Below, piece after piece: positions 11,383 to 24,210 of a stretch of DNA of 64,000 nt. A program made the translations under genes and the position numbers. The stretch spans positions 1-64,000 of the forward strand of contig JAVECO010000050.1 of assembly GCA_051942205.1 (NCBI GenBank), written 5' to 3'. A model generated the notes under the pieces. The model saw nothing but the letters and a program-made list of their open reading frames with translations. It did not search any database and was not told the DNA's origin. The stretch is from Coniocarpon cinnabarinum (lineage: Eukaryota). Positions within the stretch are counted from its first letter, which is position 1. Each line of letters opens with the position of its first letter.

Positions 11383-12883
11383 ATGGCTTTCGGGAAGCTC
11401 TACGGCTACGAAGTCCGTTACGCCCATCTCTATCTCTGAGGCGCTTGCTGACGCTTTTACTATAGGATAATACTCGTACCATTGGATTGCTCGCCGTCGC
11501 GAAAGAGAACAAGCTCGACATAGAGCTGGTTCACACGGCTCCACTTGAGGGTGTGACAGATGACTACCGCAAACTTAACAAACTCGGCCGTATACCTACG
11601 TTTGAGGGCTCAGACGGTTTCGTCCTGAGTGAAGTTATTGCCATTGCTGTCTACTGTGAGTCCAGTCATAAAGGTGACGAGCCTGCAAATGTCCTCCACG
11701 CAATCGCAGTGATGAGTTTCATTTTAAAAATCAGTTATCCCTGGCAGAACCATTTTGGTGACTTCTTGAACACTCTGAGCAAACATTGCCGATACCTGCA
11801 GGCTACCGCACAAAATGCAGATGGTTTGCTGACCGTATTGCAGTGACTTCACAAAACGAGAAGACCTCTCTCCTTGGCAAGACCAAACAGGACTATGCCT
11901 CTATCCTTCGATGGCTGTCATTCGCCAACTCGGAAGTGCTACCCAAAACGGGTGGCTACTTTGCGCCTCTCGTTGGTCGTGCGGCATACAACAAGAAAAG
12001 TGTCGACGACTCTCTCACGGCCTTGAACGCTGCAGCCAAGGTGATGGAGGATCATTTGATGATCAACACCTACCTTGTGAGCGAGCGACTGACACTTGCG
12101 GACATTATGGCCGCAGCCTTGTGCGTTCGTGCGTTTCAATTCGTATGGGACAAGCAGTGGCGCTCTCAGCACCCCAGCATCACGCGTTGGTTCGAAACCA
12201 TCATCCATCAACCCATCATGCAAGCGGTTCGCAAGGACTGGGTGATGTGTGATCAGGCGTTAAAGAATCAGCCGCCAGCAAAGCCTAAGGAAGAGAAGCC
12301 GAAGCAGGAAAAGCCAAAGCAAGCCAAGAAAGAGAAACCCGAAACGGCGAGTGAGGCGGTGGACGAAGAAGAAGAGCCGAAGGAAGCACCGAAGCCAAAG
12401 CACCCTCTGGAGGCTCTTGGGCGTCCGACCCTGGCGATAGATGAGTGGAAGCGCAAGTACAAGAATGAGGAGACGCGCGAGGTCGCTCTGCCATGGTTTT
12501 GGGAGAACATGAATTTCGAAGAGTACTCCATCTGGGCTGTGGACTTCCAGTACAACGAGGAGCTGACCATGACCTTCATGTCCTCCAATCAGGTCGGCGG
12601 TTTCTTTGCTCGTCTCGAGGCCAGCAGAAAATATTTGATGGGCTGCTGCTCTGTATATGGGGTCACTAACGACTCTGTCATCAAGGGCGCCTTCTTGGTT
12701 CGAGGTCAAGAAGCGTTACCCGCGTTCGACGTGGCACCCGACTACGAGAGCTACAAATTCAAGAAGCTTGACCCCAAGAGCAGTCAGGATCGCGAGTTTG
12801 TGGACGACATGTGGGCTTGGGACAAGCCGGTGGAGGTCAATGGCAAGAAGTATGAATGGGCTGATGGCAAGATCTTTGTCTAG
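11383..12883 (+). CDS. TEF4: Translation elongation factor 1B gamma (GST-like N-domain + EF1G C-domain)
   Basis: MAFGKLYGY start, introns 11413-11465 and ~11657-11843, GST-like LNKLGRIPTF, KPKHPLEAL linker, DEWKRKYKNEETR, and FDVAPDYESY C-domain. Confidence 0.96.
11705..11781 (+). ncRNA. snR38: Intronic box C/D snoRNA, snR38 orthologue (guides LSU rRNA 2'-O-methylation in CAGGGAUAAC)
   Basis: Box C GTGATGA 11709-11715; guide CAGTTATCCCTG 11732-11743, complementary to conserved LSU CAGGGAUAACUG; D' CAGA 11745-11748; box D CTGA 11775-11778. It lies in the long eEF1B-gamma intron, the known host position of yeast snR38. Confidence 0.9.
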
Positions 12884-13629
12884 AGCTGCACCAATCACGT
12901 GAACGAGACTCGAGCCAGAGGGCGAGAGTACCCGACAGGTCTGTCACCAGGCAAAAGCTTCACAATGATACCCAGAAGCCGGTCCGCGCCACAGCACATG
13001 CGCTAAATGTATATGTTGGTGCAGCCAGCGAAGACGATGTAGCCTGGTTACTAGATGAGACAAAGACTGACAAGGGGCCTATGTTAACCGCTCGAGGCAT
13101 TTTCCTTGATCCGTCACGTCTTCCTCCCGCTGCACGTGCCTGCATGCCAATCTGTACCACGCCGTGACCAAGCCGCCGCGACGCATTGACTTGATGCAAC
13201 TCGTCCCATATCGCCAATGCTATGAGTGGGCTGCAGTGAACATGCAGTGACTCGGCCTGCTTCCGTACCCAACGTGGCGGTCTTTGCAGCTCAACTTTGA
13301 TCATCTGTTGAAGCGACGACTCAAGTGAACACAGGGTTCAATCCTCCGTCTTCCGTGTCTACTGGCACAACCTATTCGTCAGCCCAACCGGTCGCTACGA
13401 CTTACGGTCAGAGGCTGCGAGAGGGCTTTCCTGACTCAGACGAGGTCTTTGAGGATGCTAGCTGAAGTCCAGGGAACGGCTGTATGAACACCTGGGATCG
13501 ACCACGCTTGGGCCGCTCTGGAGACTGAGTACCACTTCTTACGAGTTCTGGGCTCGCAGCGGATTCAACAGAGTATCGAATTTGCATGCAAAAGGACTGT
13601 TTCTTTTCAATCTAAGAAGCCCATGACCC

Positions 13630-15584
13630 ATGAGGGGGCACCGACAGGAAAGTAGAACTCGAGACCGGCATACACATGGACTCGAGCCGCGGCTGCAAGT
13701 CATATGCTTGGTGAGTCCATGAAACATAGCCCCGCTGCACAAACCAGCAACAGGCCACACGCGAATCAGATGGCGCTTGAACTAGCGATGGATGTCTTGG
13801 ATCTGCTGTCGAGCCGCAAGGCGCACATGCATCTTGGCTGACAACATGGCATGCAGGCATCCGGCGGCGGTCCAGCAGAAGACAATGTTACGGGATTCCT
13901 AGTTCGCTCCACCAGCACGCAATGGTCAAAGGGCTCAGTATTAGCGGTCGATGCTGGATCGCACCTCTCAGCCATCAGCCGACTCCTAGAGCCTGACTTT
14001 CCTCGCGTCTCGGGTGTCCCACTGAATGGGGCACCGCCAGGTCCCAAGACTCCCTCATCCGCATCGACGAGCGGCCGTCCTCCAATCAGCAGGACTATAT
14101 CCGACCAAGGATCAGAGACGTCGGACTCATCCCGCGCCACAAGTTTAGAGCCACCTTCGACGGTGCTTGAGTCTGGTCCGTTCGCTGGTCTCGCGTTCCC
14201 ATTTGAGAGTGCCCGTGCAAACGCCCTGCACCTAGTAAGAGAATGTGTCGCAACATACTTGATAACACACCCACATCTCGATCATCTGTCGGCGTTTGCA
14301 ATCAACACTGCAGCGTTTCACAATACATCACGACCCAAGCGATTGGCTGCGCTACCATCTACCGTCAATGCAATCAAAACACACATCTTCAACGACGTGA
14401 TCTGGCCGAATCTCACAGACGAAGATGGCGGCGTCGGTTTCGTAACGTTTCAGCGGCTAACAGATGGCGGGAATCTTGCCGTCGGTTCCGGGTCGCGGAA
14501 AGGATATATGGAAGTATGTGATGGACTCTGCGTCAAAGGCATGAAGATCAGTCACGGACATTGTATGCGTCATACGGGGGACCCTGCAATGCCGCGGGGT
14601 AGTGAGGTGGGACTCTCAGAGGTGCCGACGTTCAGGTCACAAGCGTCGTCGAACCATCACCACCATCACGATAGCTTGAGTGTGAGTCCCACGAAGCTCA
14701 GGAGAACGCCATCGCTCACGCATGTAACGGTTCCTGGTACGCCCGGCGCGACCATAAGCGGTTCACATCCTTCCCACACGGGTGACAATACTACTCGCGA
14801 GGTGGTCGTCGACAGCACTGCTTTCTTCATTCGGGACGACCACTCAGGACGCGAAATCCTCGTGTTTGGTGACGTGGAGCCGGACGCGCTCTCTTTGAAT
14901 CCTCGCACGCTTGCCGTCTGGACAGAGGCCGCGCCTAAAATAGCCTCGAATCACCTACGCGCGATCTTAATAGAGTGCAGCTATGACGATTCACAAGGCG
15001 ACAGTATCCTTTTCGGCCACCTTGCACCCCGACATCTCATCAAGGAGCTGGTGGTGCTGGCGGACATGGTCAAGCGGCGGAGACGGGAACATCAAGAACG
15101 ACGAAACAGCCGCAAGCGAAAGCGCAGTACGTATGCTCCGAGTCACGGTCTAGAAGTGCCCGGAGCGTCCGCACATCCTGAGGACTCTGTTGAACCATCA
15201 CGAGCGCCTTCTGAAGAAGAAGAGAATGAGCCCAACTCTACCAAGAGAGGGACCAGGAAGCAACGACCAGCACAGCTTATGACAGCAAAAGCGCAGGTTT
15301 ACTCTGAGGCAAACAGTGAGCATGCGCCGAGCCCATTGGCGCGCTTCGAATCACATGTTTCTATGGATGGCGCCAGCAGTGCAGATCCCGAAACAGTGCC
15401 TCCACTGGCCGGTCTGACTGTGGTCGTGATACATGTGAAAGATACACTGAAAGACGGTCCACTGGTGGGAGACACAATATTAGCGCAACTACGAGATCAC
15501 GAAGCTAAACTGAAAGACATGGATGGCATAGGTTTGGGTTGTGATTTTGTGATCAGCAAGGTCGGTGAGAGCTATGGCTTCTGA
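13630..15584 (+). CDS. PDE1: Low-affinity class II cAMP phosphodiesterase
   Basis: Exon 1 (13630-13710) ends LQVICL; intron 13711-13856; then ASGGGPAEDNVTGFL, THPHLDH metal motif, HIFNDVIWPNL, FGDVEPD, IECSY and LFGHL. Confidence 0.93.
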
Positions 15585-15781
15585 GATCATGTGTGAATGA
15601 TTTCATTGTCATGGAATTCGTTGCTCAGCCTCTTAATGGCTGTCAGTTCTATTTTGTCCTTCCGAGGATGTCTCCAAGCAGATGTCTCAGAGCTCCTCAA
15701 TCTTCGTCAGACAAGCGGACAGCCCCTCCACTACAAACGCCGGGCTTGTCTCAAAGTTCGATAGAGATAACGTCCCCATCC

Positions 15782-16439
15782 TCATATCTGATCCAATGTC
15801 ATACTAGCGCTCAGATCCCCACTCCCACTCTCTACCATACCCGCAAATTCCTCGAAGCTGATCTTCCCGTCATGATCACGATCTGCTTCCATGATCGTCT
15901 TGTCCACGATCTGCTGTAATTGTCCGTCTTTTAAGTTGCTCCCAACCATCATCTTGAGCACCAAGAAGAGCTCTCCGTTGCTGATGTAGCCATCGCGGTC
16001 CATGTCATAAACTTTGAAGGCGAAGCGCAGCTTCTCCTCCTTGTTGCCTTTGCTAGAGAAAGCACTAAGTCCCGAAATGAACTCTTGAAAGTCAACAGAT
16101 CCGCTTCCATCTTCGTCGAAGATGGCAATCATGCGAGCTGAAAGCGGGTTGGAGGAGACTTGGGGAAGCGAAAGGAATTCGGAGGCTTCAAGCGTGCCAG
16201 AGCCATCCTTTAGTAGTTAATAGGGACGTAAGCTCAAAGCAGGGGGGGCAAAGATCGCTAAAGACTGCTATATACCTTGTCAAGTTTCAAGAAGCGTTTC
16301 CGTAATCGTTCAACCTCATCTCTATCAACTGGCACGTGTTAGCCTGAAGCAATTCTAAACTGTGCGCAGAGGAACACAAGTCCTCACAGTTGGAGCTTTC
16401 TGCTATCTTTTCGAGCATCTGCGACTGGTCTTGACCCAT
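15782..16439 (-). CDS. CNB1: Calcineurin regulatory subunit B
   Basis: MG myristoylation start at 16439, two introns, [15 protein letters not shown], four EF hands, and [31 protein letters not shown]. Confidence 0.97.
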
Positions 16440-16741
16440 GTTGGCGGGGGCTTGGCCAAGATTGCGTCCCCGGCTGTAGGAGAAGGGCAATGGAGGTTTA
16501 CTTGAATGGCTTCAAAGTTCAGATGAAGCGCCGCAAGGAACAGGGTTTACGCCACAAGTCCAATCGTCGGTAGTGGGGCTTGTGGCTTGGGCAGACAGTG
16601 AGATTCGATGTGTGGGCAGGGTCGTCAACTGACAACTAGGTACTGTGAAAGCTCAGGGAATTACCTACAGACCTCTTCGCGATTTCCCGAGAGACGCACT
16701 GAGCAACATCCCTTGATCCGAAGAGCAAACCTGTCATCGCG

Positions 16742-17272
16742 ATGGCAAATGAACTGGCCTCAACATTACAAAGCGCCACAATAAAGCAGAATCCAGACCC
16801 CGACCACGACCTCGACCCCTCCACTGCCGCCTCCGTCAAATCTCCTGTCAAGCTCGACCACGTTCGGCCTGTTTGTCGCTCTGCCAGCCATTCCTCAGCG
16901 GAAGATGAATACCCTCTATCGGTCTTGCGTCCCGCTCCACGCACACATAATCTCCCGCCTCTCCCAGACCTCCGATTCGAGCAGTCCTATCTAGCACGAA
17001 TAAAGCACTGCCAAAGCCATTGGAGCGTTGCGTGGGTCACGTTCCTGGACCACGTCTTCATGCCGTTGGCGCAGGGCGTGATCTGGAATCTGGGCGTCTT
17101 CGGCTGGAGGGCATGGAATCGAGGAGTGAAATTTAGAGGGAAGGGAGTAGGGGCCAAGATCAGGAGATGGTGGTGGGGAGTGAATGGATGGGATATTCCC
17201 AAGCAGCAAGAGAAAGCGGAGAAGGTGCGTGAGTTTTACACGAGCAATTTTGGGAGTGGCGCCGGCGATTGA
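16742..17272 (+). CDS. DUF1770-type fungal protein
   Basis: LPPLPDLRFEQSYL and DHVFMPLAQG..W...GWRAWNR motifs; single exon, 176 aa. Confidence 0.8.
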   Translation: MANELASTLQSATIKQNPDPDHDLDPSTAASVKSPVKLDHVRPVCRSASHSSAEDEYPLSVLRPAPRTHNLPPLPDLRFEQSYLARIKHCQSHWSVAWVTFLDHVFMPLAQGVIWNLGVFGWRAWNRGVKFRGKGVGAKIRRWWWGVNGWDIPKQQEKAEKVREFYTSNFGSGAGD

Positions 17273-18954
17273 GGCGACGATCTGGAAGTTGGGGGTTCCG
17301 GAGTCCCCAGGAAGACTTGGAGATTGGAAGGATGAGTGGATGCAGGCTTCGAGCTCGGTTGCTGCAAAATTTAGCACAAGGGCAAAACCTCGCACAAGCC
17401 ACCAAAACAGGTTATATTCTGGTCTCGCGGGTGGGGAATGGGCTGGAGCCAAAGTCTGGCGCAACATCGCTTGCTGCACAGGAGCGCACCAAGCACCCAC
17501 TTTGCCACCAACAGCGCAATGACTCCTTGAAGCCCACAGTGGCAAGGCAACGTTGACCGCTCAAATTGTTTCATGTGTACGGCACTGCGGATACAGTCAA
17601 CGGCCAGCGGTCAGGAGCAATGACGGTGTATTTCGAGATGCAGTCAATTATACCGTGCATACACACATCAGAGCTTGCAGTCAAGGCGCAGTGCTGCCAT
17701 ACCTGCACAGATGAAACCCCAAGACGACTGCACAGCGAGCGAGTTGGGCGTGTCAAGACCTCACTCTCGCAGCAGAGTGAACCGAAAAGCAGTCACAGAG
17801 CAGGTAAGGCGTGCGGGTAGAAGTCTCCTACTTTTCCGTGCTTTGTTGGTGAGTATGGGTCATGAGGCAATATGCAAAAGGACACAGCGCATTGAAGAAC
17901 CCACGGATCTAGAAGTGGCTCGAAGGAAGAGAAGCACTGACCAATGCGTTCCAGAAGCACAATCTGAAACGCTGCGAAACACCAGTCGATGTTTCTGGAG
18001 GCATTTACATGAAGACTGACGCCAACGCGCAGCAGAGCAGAGGGCGACTCTTCAACTGTGCTGACATGCGTCCACCGACAGCTGTTTTGTGTTAGAGATG
18101 TGTGCCTAGCATTACGTCTGCTGGAGATGGAAGGAGTTTGGGAGAACGCCACGCACGCGGGCGGGCGACGATACCGCCTCTGCTATTGCAGCTGATACAC
18201 CCGGGGAGTTTCGAAGCCGGGGCGCAGCAAAGGTGCTGGACACGCCTCGAGAACGTGCACGAGGGCTGCAGATATGACAGAGGCCATCTACGTCAGCGCC
18301 GATCAAGGTTCGCTCACGACACATGACGAGCAGCCTAATCTGGGGCTCATTTCGGGGCGAGGAGAAAGACTGAGACGCGCTGGCAGACAAAGGCAGCGAT
18401 GGAACAGCGAGCGAGGAGATGAGGGCGTCGCGATGAGTGAGCACTACGAGCAAAGAGAGACGCGGCTGGGCGAGCCGACCCTCCGGAGAGTGAACACTGA
18501 CGGCAGGGCGGCTGGCTCCTCCCAACGCTCAGTGCTCACAGCGCTCAGTCCCCGCTGCCCTACGGCCCCGTAAATCTATTCTTAACTCTCTGCCCACGCG
18601 CTTTGTGGATGCTCGCCAGCTCTCTGCGACCGCGACCGCCACCACCCAGGGCCAGAGTGCAGCACGCGCGCCACGAGTGTCTGACGTTGAGACATGAGCT
18701 TGAGGCCGAGCTCGCACGCCCCGCGCGCCGATCAGCACTGCAGAGGGTAGCAGGAGCACCAGAGCAGCGTGGTGCTTGCGGTGACGCCGGCGAGGACTGT
18801 GTCTGTGTGTCGGTGTCTGGGTGTCGGCGCCTGTGTGTGTCGGCGTTTGTAACTGAGCAAGTGAGGGTGAGGGTGAGGGCGCGCGGTCCCTCGTCCTGTC
18901 TCTTCTCTCTTCGCCGCCGCCTCCCCTCCCTGCCCACGCCCGCTCTATTTCTAA

Positions 18955-21631
18955 ATGCCTTCCCTCTTCTCCCGGTCCAAGACCAAAGGCTCCCAAGCCT
19001 CCATCAGCGTCCCGTTCGGCGCATCCCCCTACGAGCGCACCGTCGCAGGTATGTCTAATCTCTGGCCCACGAGGTCGAGGGGGAAAAGCTCGACCTGCCC
19101 CGACACAGCGCGCTGATCCACTCTTTTCCGCACCACACAGGTCCAGCGCCTTATCCCACTCAATATCCCGCCAACCCTCTCCAGGGCCAGCCACAGGCTC
19201 CCTCGTACTCTCACGACAACCGCGCATTGCAGTTCAGCTCTTCTGATCTCTACGCCCAGCAGCAGCAGCAGCCACAGCAGCCACAGCAGCCTTACGGCCA
19301 CCCCCAGAGGGCTGCAGACAGCCCTGCCGACCCTCCCGCAACTGCCTCACTCCCTCCGGCACATGAGAATCCAAATTTAGATCAGCGTGACTCTGAACCC
19401 AAGCGGTCGTTTAGAGAACGACTGGGCTTGGTGGGGACCACCTCGCGCGAGAATCTGCTGGAGTCGGAGGATTCAAGCCCCTCTACGCGCCTGCGTCGCA
19501 AAGCATCCAGCGCCCGCCGACCCAAAGACCCCCACAACATCTCGCCGCAGTCCCCGCCCTCCAGTGGCAGCGGACGCGTGACACCTCAACTGGGAGTCCG
19601 ACGACCGGTCAACATCCCCGAGGAGCATGAGCCGGTGACTGAGACTGAAAATCTGCGCGACCTTGCTGACTTCTTCCGCACCACCGCACCATCAAGCGAC
19701 CCCCGGCGCCGCCCCGTGTCTTTGGTTGGCGAGCCCAGGAATTGGAGTCGAGACAAGGTCCCTGGCGTGCTCAAAGAGGAGGACCATCAGCCCCCCCGTT
19801 CACGACCGCGGTCAGGCTCCCTGGGTGATCCCCTTGAGCGAGGACCGCCAAACGCAACCGCTGCGCCAACCGCTATAATACCCTCCGTTGTACCAAAGCC
19901 TTCGCTATATCAGGCCTACCATCCACAACCTGGACATAACATCCGACGACAACCTTCCTTGCCACCGCTACAAACGCAGTCCTCATCAGAGGGAGCAGGG
20001 CTTCATAACCAGGCCGCGTCGCCGTTGCAGCAGCAGCCGTCTCTCGATCTACAGCCGCTTTCACAACATCCCCTGCGACCAAAGTCACCACCGCACTTTG
20101 AAGTGCAAGGGCCCGATCAGAGACGACCTCACGACTTGTTCGAGCAAGGGGCTGCTTTGGAGTTGAGTGATCACCTTGTCCAGCAGCCGCACTTGCCGCC
20201 GCCGCCGCCAGTTCTGAGTCCGGCTTCTCGAAGCGTTGCCGCATCGCCGGCTCAGGAAAAGGGCCACGGCATGCCACCCGGGAATTCAAGTCTTCAACTA
20301 CCCCCACGAAGAGCCTCACCGGGTGACGGTAACAGCGAGCCCCCTACGCCAAACAACATACCACCGCAGAAGATGTCGCATGCTGCGCAAGTGCAAAGAG
20401 CGCAGAATGCAAGCGACACGGGACGGAGCACCCCTCCGCCTCAGCCCATCAACCCCAAGGACATGTCTGAAGAGGAGATCAATGCCTTACTCCAACAGTT
20501 CAAGGAGCTGAGTATGCCTTTCCCCGATGCCCTCAACTCTATCACAACGTGCTTACATTCATTCTAGGAGAGAAGTACAGCAAAGTGAAGCGATATTATT
20601 TCGAAAAAGATGCTCAAGTCACCACCTTACAGAACGCGCTCGCGCACCAAAAGCTGTCTCAATCACGAACATCATTAGATGACGGTGAATACATGCAGCG
20701 GCTAACACGCCTTGACGGGCTAATATCCCAGCTTGCCTTTGGTTTCCGCAAAGATTGGAAAAGCCTACCTATTTGGTTACAGCCGCACGTGAACAAAGAT
20801 TGCATCACCGTCGGCAAACAGGAGATGACGGCTGTCGGACGAGCTTTCATTTCCAAGTGGCTTTGTGATGAAGTGTTCAACCGATACTTTCACCCAGGAC
20901 TAGGTCCGGAGGTGTCTCGGGAGCTCAAATCGATACAGAACAACATTCGCTCATACGGAACCGCGCTACAGACGGGCGAAGAGGAAGATGCCTTGACAGC
21001 CAAGATCATCAACTGGCGCTTGGCTACAATGGATGGCGTGCAGCAGCAGCTTAACAGCGCTGAAGCAACGACACGGCGGCAGCATCTGATCGAACTCCTT
21101 GATGCACAGCTTGTCAGCAGTCTGACCGAATACATGACCGAAATGCCAGCAGGTCTTGAGGGTGGCGTCCACATGATTGTCGAGCTGGCCGTTACGCTGT
21201 TGATGCATCTCCCCTTCGAAAGCCGGGACGTGGTGATTGAGTATTTCTCGCCTGGCACGACATTTGACGAGCGAGTGATGAGAGCAGAGACGACTCCTAT
21301 AGCCCCACTTGGAGCACCGATGATGGAGCCCATGGACAGCGACCGTATATCTGTACACAGCGAACGCAGTGACGGCGAAGGAGAGGACGAGCCTCGAGGC
21401 ATGGAGCGTCAAGAGCCACGGAAGGGCTTCTTCAAAGACCTGGTCTCGAGTAAGAAATCCCCGCCGCCCAAGAACGTTAATGCGGCTGCACAATCGCAGA
21501 ATTCTCTGTTGCAGCCACCTGGCAGTTCTGGAGGACCGAAAGATGAGAAGGTCCGCCTGTGTGTGTTTTTAGGGCTAGCGATCAGAGGAAAGATGGTGCT
21601 GTCTCAGGCACCCGTGTTCAAGACCATCTGA
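18955..21631 (+). CDS. Conserved hypothetical protein: long Pro/Gln/Ser-rich N-terminus, coiled coil and helical C-terminal domain
   Basis: ATG 18955; introns 19049-19140 and 20512-20567 join ORFs 19227-20567 and 20549-21631 in frame; EKYSKVKRYYFEK...LAHQKLSQSRTSLDD block. Confidence 0.8.
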
Positions 21632-22422
21632 AGCAGGCTCGGACACCAGACACCATGAAATCTAGCGGAGCTGGGGACTTGCATGAAGATAGTGGAACTG
21701 GATGTGAACATCTTGAAGAAAGTACAAAGCGCAACGATGCACACGAATACGTACGGGGGTCACCTTTCTGGCAAGGACCCAGGGAGATGTTGGGGAACCA
21801 GTATCCCGGTATTGACAAAGCCGAGGACGGAGTTGCACGGAGGCCTTCAGGGAGGCTTCGTCGAACTTGGAAAGTAACCAGCGATGAGGCAGAGGATCTG
21901 ACGAGAGGAAGAAGAAACTAGCCAGCGGTGCCGCGCGTACCTGGCACCCAGATGGACCCTCGTGACCCTCGTGACTCTGACGTTCGTCGCCTTGCCGCCC
22001 CGGCCACGCCAAGTGCCCTGCCACCCTGTTACCCCAGAAAACTTAATCCAGTAGGTAGGGCACAGCTATTCCTTGTGCGTGGTAGCCCTGGAGGCATGCG
22101 CTCCGTACCTTGCGTGTGGTGGGAAGTAGCGTGACGCAACTTTTTTTCAGACCTTGTTTTCGTTGGCGAGCTCACCTCTCACCCGCTCAGCCTACTTGTG
22201 AAACTTGACCGTCTTGTCCTTCTAACTGCACCACCCGTCCCCACGCTCCTTCCCCGTCGCAGCACGACCCGAGACCATGGCCAAGTGAAAAACTGCAAGA
22301 GGCTACTTGTCTGTTTCCGCGCAGAACATTCTTATCGCTTCCCAGGCATTCAAGCTTGGTGCATTCATCTTCCTCGCGGTCTTTCACACTCCATCCACAT
22401 TCTCAGACGGACGTCAAACAGG

Positions 22423-24210
22423 ATGTATTCACTCAACTTCATGCTTTCAGCCCCGCCGCGATCACTCTTCGAGTTTCCACCCAGCGCCGAGCCTTTGACG
22501 CTGCCGCCGCGCAGCAATGGCTTCACCTTTGCGAATCCGTTCAACATCGATCCCGAGTTGTATCGAGCCGCTCTTTCTCCGACAGTCCCTCTCACCTTCG
22601 CTGCGGTCTATACGACGTCTGTCTTCGCTGCCAACCAGCTCAACCGAAAGAGAAAGAACCGCCCGTGGTCCATCAGCAAGACCTCCACGTTCAAAATTCT
22701 TACGGTTGTACACAACATCTTGCTTGCTCTCTACTCCGCCATCACATGTGCTGCTATGGTCCGTGCCTGTTATATGTCATTCAGAGGCCCTGCGGGACCT
22801 CAGGGCATCCCCGGCAGTCTCGATTCGCTGTGCAAAATGAGTGGTCCTCGTGGACTCGGCGACGCCGTCACATTCAATCCGAAGACCAATTCCTGGGCAT
22901 CGAAGAACTCCAAAGTCATGCTCGGAATTGACGACCAGCCTGACACTGACGATGTTGGCCGGCTGTGGAACGAGGGACTCGCCTTCTGGGGCTGGTGGTT
23001 CTACCTGAGCAAATTTTATGAGGTTCTCGACACTATGATCATTTTGCTAAAAGGCAAGCGAAGCGCGACTTTGCAGACTTACCACCACGCGGGTGCGATG
23101 CTCTGCATGTGGGCCGGCATTCGGTATATGAGCCCACCCATCTGGATGTTTGCGCTCGTCAACTCGGGCATTCACGCATTCATGTACACCTACTATACGG
23201 TCACCGAACTCGGCGTCAAGGTGCCTAGGCCCATCAAGCAGGCCCTTACAACAACGCAAATCATGCAGTTCCTGGTCGGCGCAACATTTGCTTCAGCGCA
23301 CCTCTTCGTGTACTATTCCGTGCCTGTCATGGTTCCGTACAAGGTTGCGCAGGCAATCTCTAGTGCTGCAATATCTGCATCATCCGTCGCGTCGTCGGCC
23401 TCGGCGGCTGCGGCTGTCGCAACGAATCCTTCTGTGGCATCGTCAATAGCTGCATCAGCAACTCATTCAGCCATAGCCATCTTCAATAAGATTGCGGCGT
23501 TGGCTGCTGGTGCGCCCGGCGTCGCGTCCAATATCTTGCATAGCGATGAATCTCTGTTCGGGCTGGGCGACACTAAGCCTCTCGATGAGATCAAGTACGC
23601 GACTCAACATACCACTATTCACTGCCTCGACACCTCTGGTCAGGCATTTGCCATCTGGCTCAATTGCCTATACTTGGCGCCACTGACTGGTCTCTTCATT
23701 CGCTTCTTTGTCAAAGCCTACGTCTTCGGCGAATCGCGTCCGTCACGTTCAGACAAGGGCGCGCACACGACACGGCGACTGTCAGCGACCAGCATGAGCG
23801 CCTGGGCAGAGACAAGCCGCTCTGTCGAAGCAGTCGGCCGCGTCCTGGAGCAGAGCCTTGGTCCTCTGGGGGTGGAATTGAAGGACGGTGGCGAGGGCCT
23901 CACCGCTGAGGAGGACGTCAAGAAAGTGCTCAAAATGTTGAACGAGCGTTCTGACACCAACGGCAAGGACTCGAGCGCGGCCATTGACGAGGAGGAAGAT
24001 GAAGAGAGCACAGAGGATGTGAAAGAAGACGATGCTGCACTGGATGGGCACGCCCCCGAACTCGAGGCACGCACGGACAGCGATGCTGGCAGCAGCAACA
24101 AAGAGAACGAGTCACCTTCAGCTGGCGACGAGGACGAGCTTGGGGAAGACGACAAAGAGAACGAGCGACCCTCAAGTTACGCCGCCGCTATGAAGTCAGG
24201 CGCCGCGTAA
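22423..24210 (+). CDS. GNS1/SUR4 (ELO) family fatty acid elongase, QTYHH-type
   Basis: FYLSKFYEVLDT, TLQTYHHAG, NSGIHAFMYTYY and TTTQIMQF motifs with multiple TM helices. Start uncertain (first in-frame ATG used). Confidence 0.9.
   Translation: MYSLNFMLSAPPRSLFEFPPSAEPLTLPPRSNGFTFANPFNIDPELYRAALSPTVPLTFAAVYTTSVFAANQLNRKRKNRPWSISKTSTFKILTVVHNILLALYSAITCAAMVRACYMSFRGPAGPQGIPGSLDSLCKMSGPRGLGDAVTFNPKTNSWASKNSKVMLGIDDQPDTDDVGRLWNEGLAFWGWWFYLSKFYEVLDTMIILLKGKRSATLQTYHHAGAMLCMWAGIRYMSPPIWMFALVNSGIHAFMYTYYTVTELGVKVPRPIKQALTTTQIMQFLVGATFASAHLFVYYSVPVMVPYKVAQAISSAAISASSVASSASAAAAVATNPSVASSIAASATHSAIAIFNKIAALAAGAPGVASNILHSDESLFGLGDTKPLDEIKYATQHTTIHCLDTSGQAFAIWLNCLYLAPLTGLFIRFFVKAYVFGESRPSRSDKGAHTTRRLSATSMSAWAETSRSVEAVGRVLEQSLGPLGVELKDGGEGLTAEEDVKKVLKMLNERSDTNGKDSSAAIDEEEDEESTEDVKEDDAALDGHAPELEARTDSDAGSSNKENESPSAGDEDELGEDDKENERPSSYAAAMKSGAA

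Noticed and set aside
18955..21631. Methyltransferase assignment, which from memory similar proteins carry in databases
   Set aside because: No glycine-rich SAM-binding motif is visible; left as hypothetical.
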